From Sminthopsis crassicaudata (taxonomy: Eukaryota): a DNA stretch of 64,000 nt. Location: NCBI RefSeq assembly GCF_048593235.1, contig NC_133621.1, positions 63,789,148-63,853,147 on the forward strand, in the 5' to 3' direction. A model generated the notes under the pieces. The model was not told the DNA's origin, did not search any database, and saw only the letters and a program-made list of their open reading frames with translations. Made by a program: the position numbers and the translations under genes. Shown piece after piece: positions 63,701 through 64,000 of this stretch (the stretch's first letter is position 1; each line of letters opens with the position of its first letter).

Positions 63701-64000
63701 AATATCTAATTAGAAATGCACATTGCTTGCTTATGGCTTTAATTAAAACTATTGAACCAGCTCTCTTCTAGCACATATCAGTTTGGGAACAAGTGAAAGG
63801 TCCCATTTGCCCTCGTTGCCTAGGTCTCTTTCTTATAACACCGCGTGGTAGCACTGAACAAGCCACTGGAATCTTCTGACCAAATTATAGGAGAAACACT
63901 GAGAACATATTTGGAGTTTTTTGGATCAGACATGTGATTTTCCTTATCTGGGAGAGTTCTAATGAGCAAATTCCTTCTATCACTGCAGATCCAGACCAGC

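Overview
This is vertebrate genomic DNA, not prokaryotic: AT-rich, CpG-depleted, with six N gaps. It is inferred to be marsupial, probably dasyurid, from WSINE1-, MAR1- and MdoRep1-like repeats. The window holds the 5' two-thirds of the TALE-class homeobox gene MKX (Mohawk) on the minus strand. Four coding exons with canonical GT-AG boundaries (56114-56304, 53379-53538, 36672-36825, 35512-35847) splice into one 280-codon open frame containing the homeodomain. A probable non-coding exon 1 ends at 59262, inside a ~7.5 kb promoter CpG island. The last coding exons were not found, so positions 1-35511 are interpreted as the long intron after exon 5. The rest is mostly old LINE (L1, L2, L3/CR1, RTE), SINE and hAT-MITE debris plus microsatellites. 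I found no second protein-coding gene, no CRISPR array and no RNA gene. I also found no evidence of a novel multi-gene system. The best leads are regulatory: an orphan CpG island deep in the long intron (~4.9-6.1 kb) with antisense splice signals and a GC-shifted neighbouring SINE; a candidate intronic polyadenylation site just after exon 5; a spliced uORF in frame with MKX; and complementary GU/AC repeats around exon 2. Repeat family names and human MKX comparisons are from memory, and repeat boundaries are approximate.
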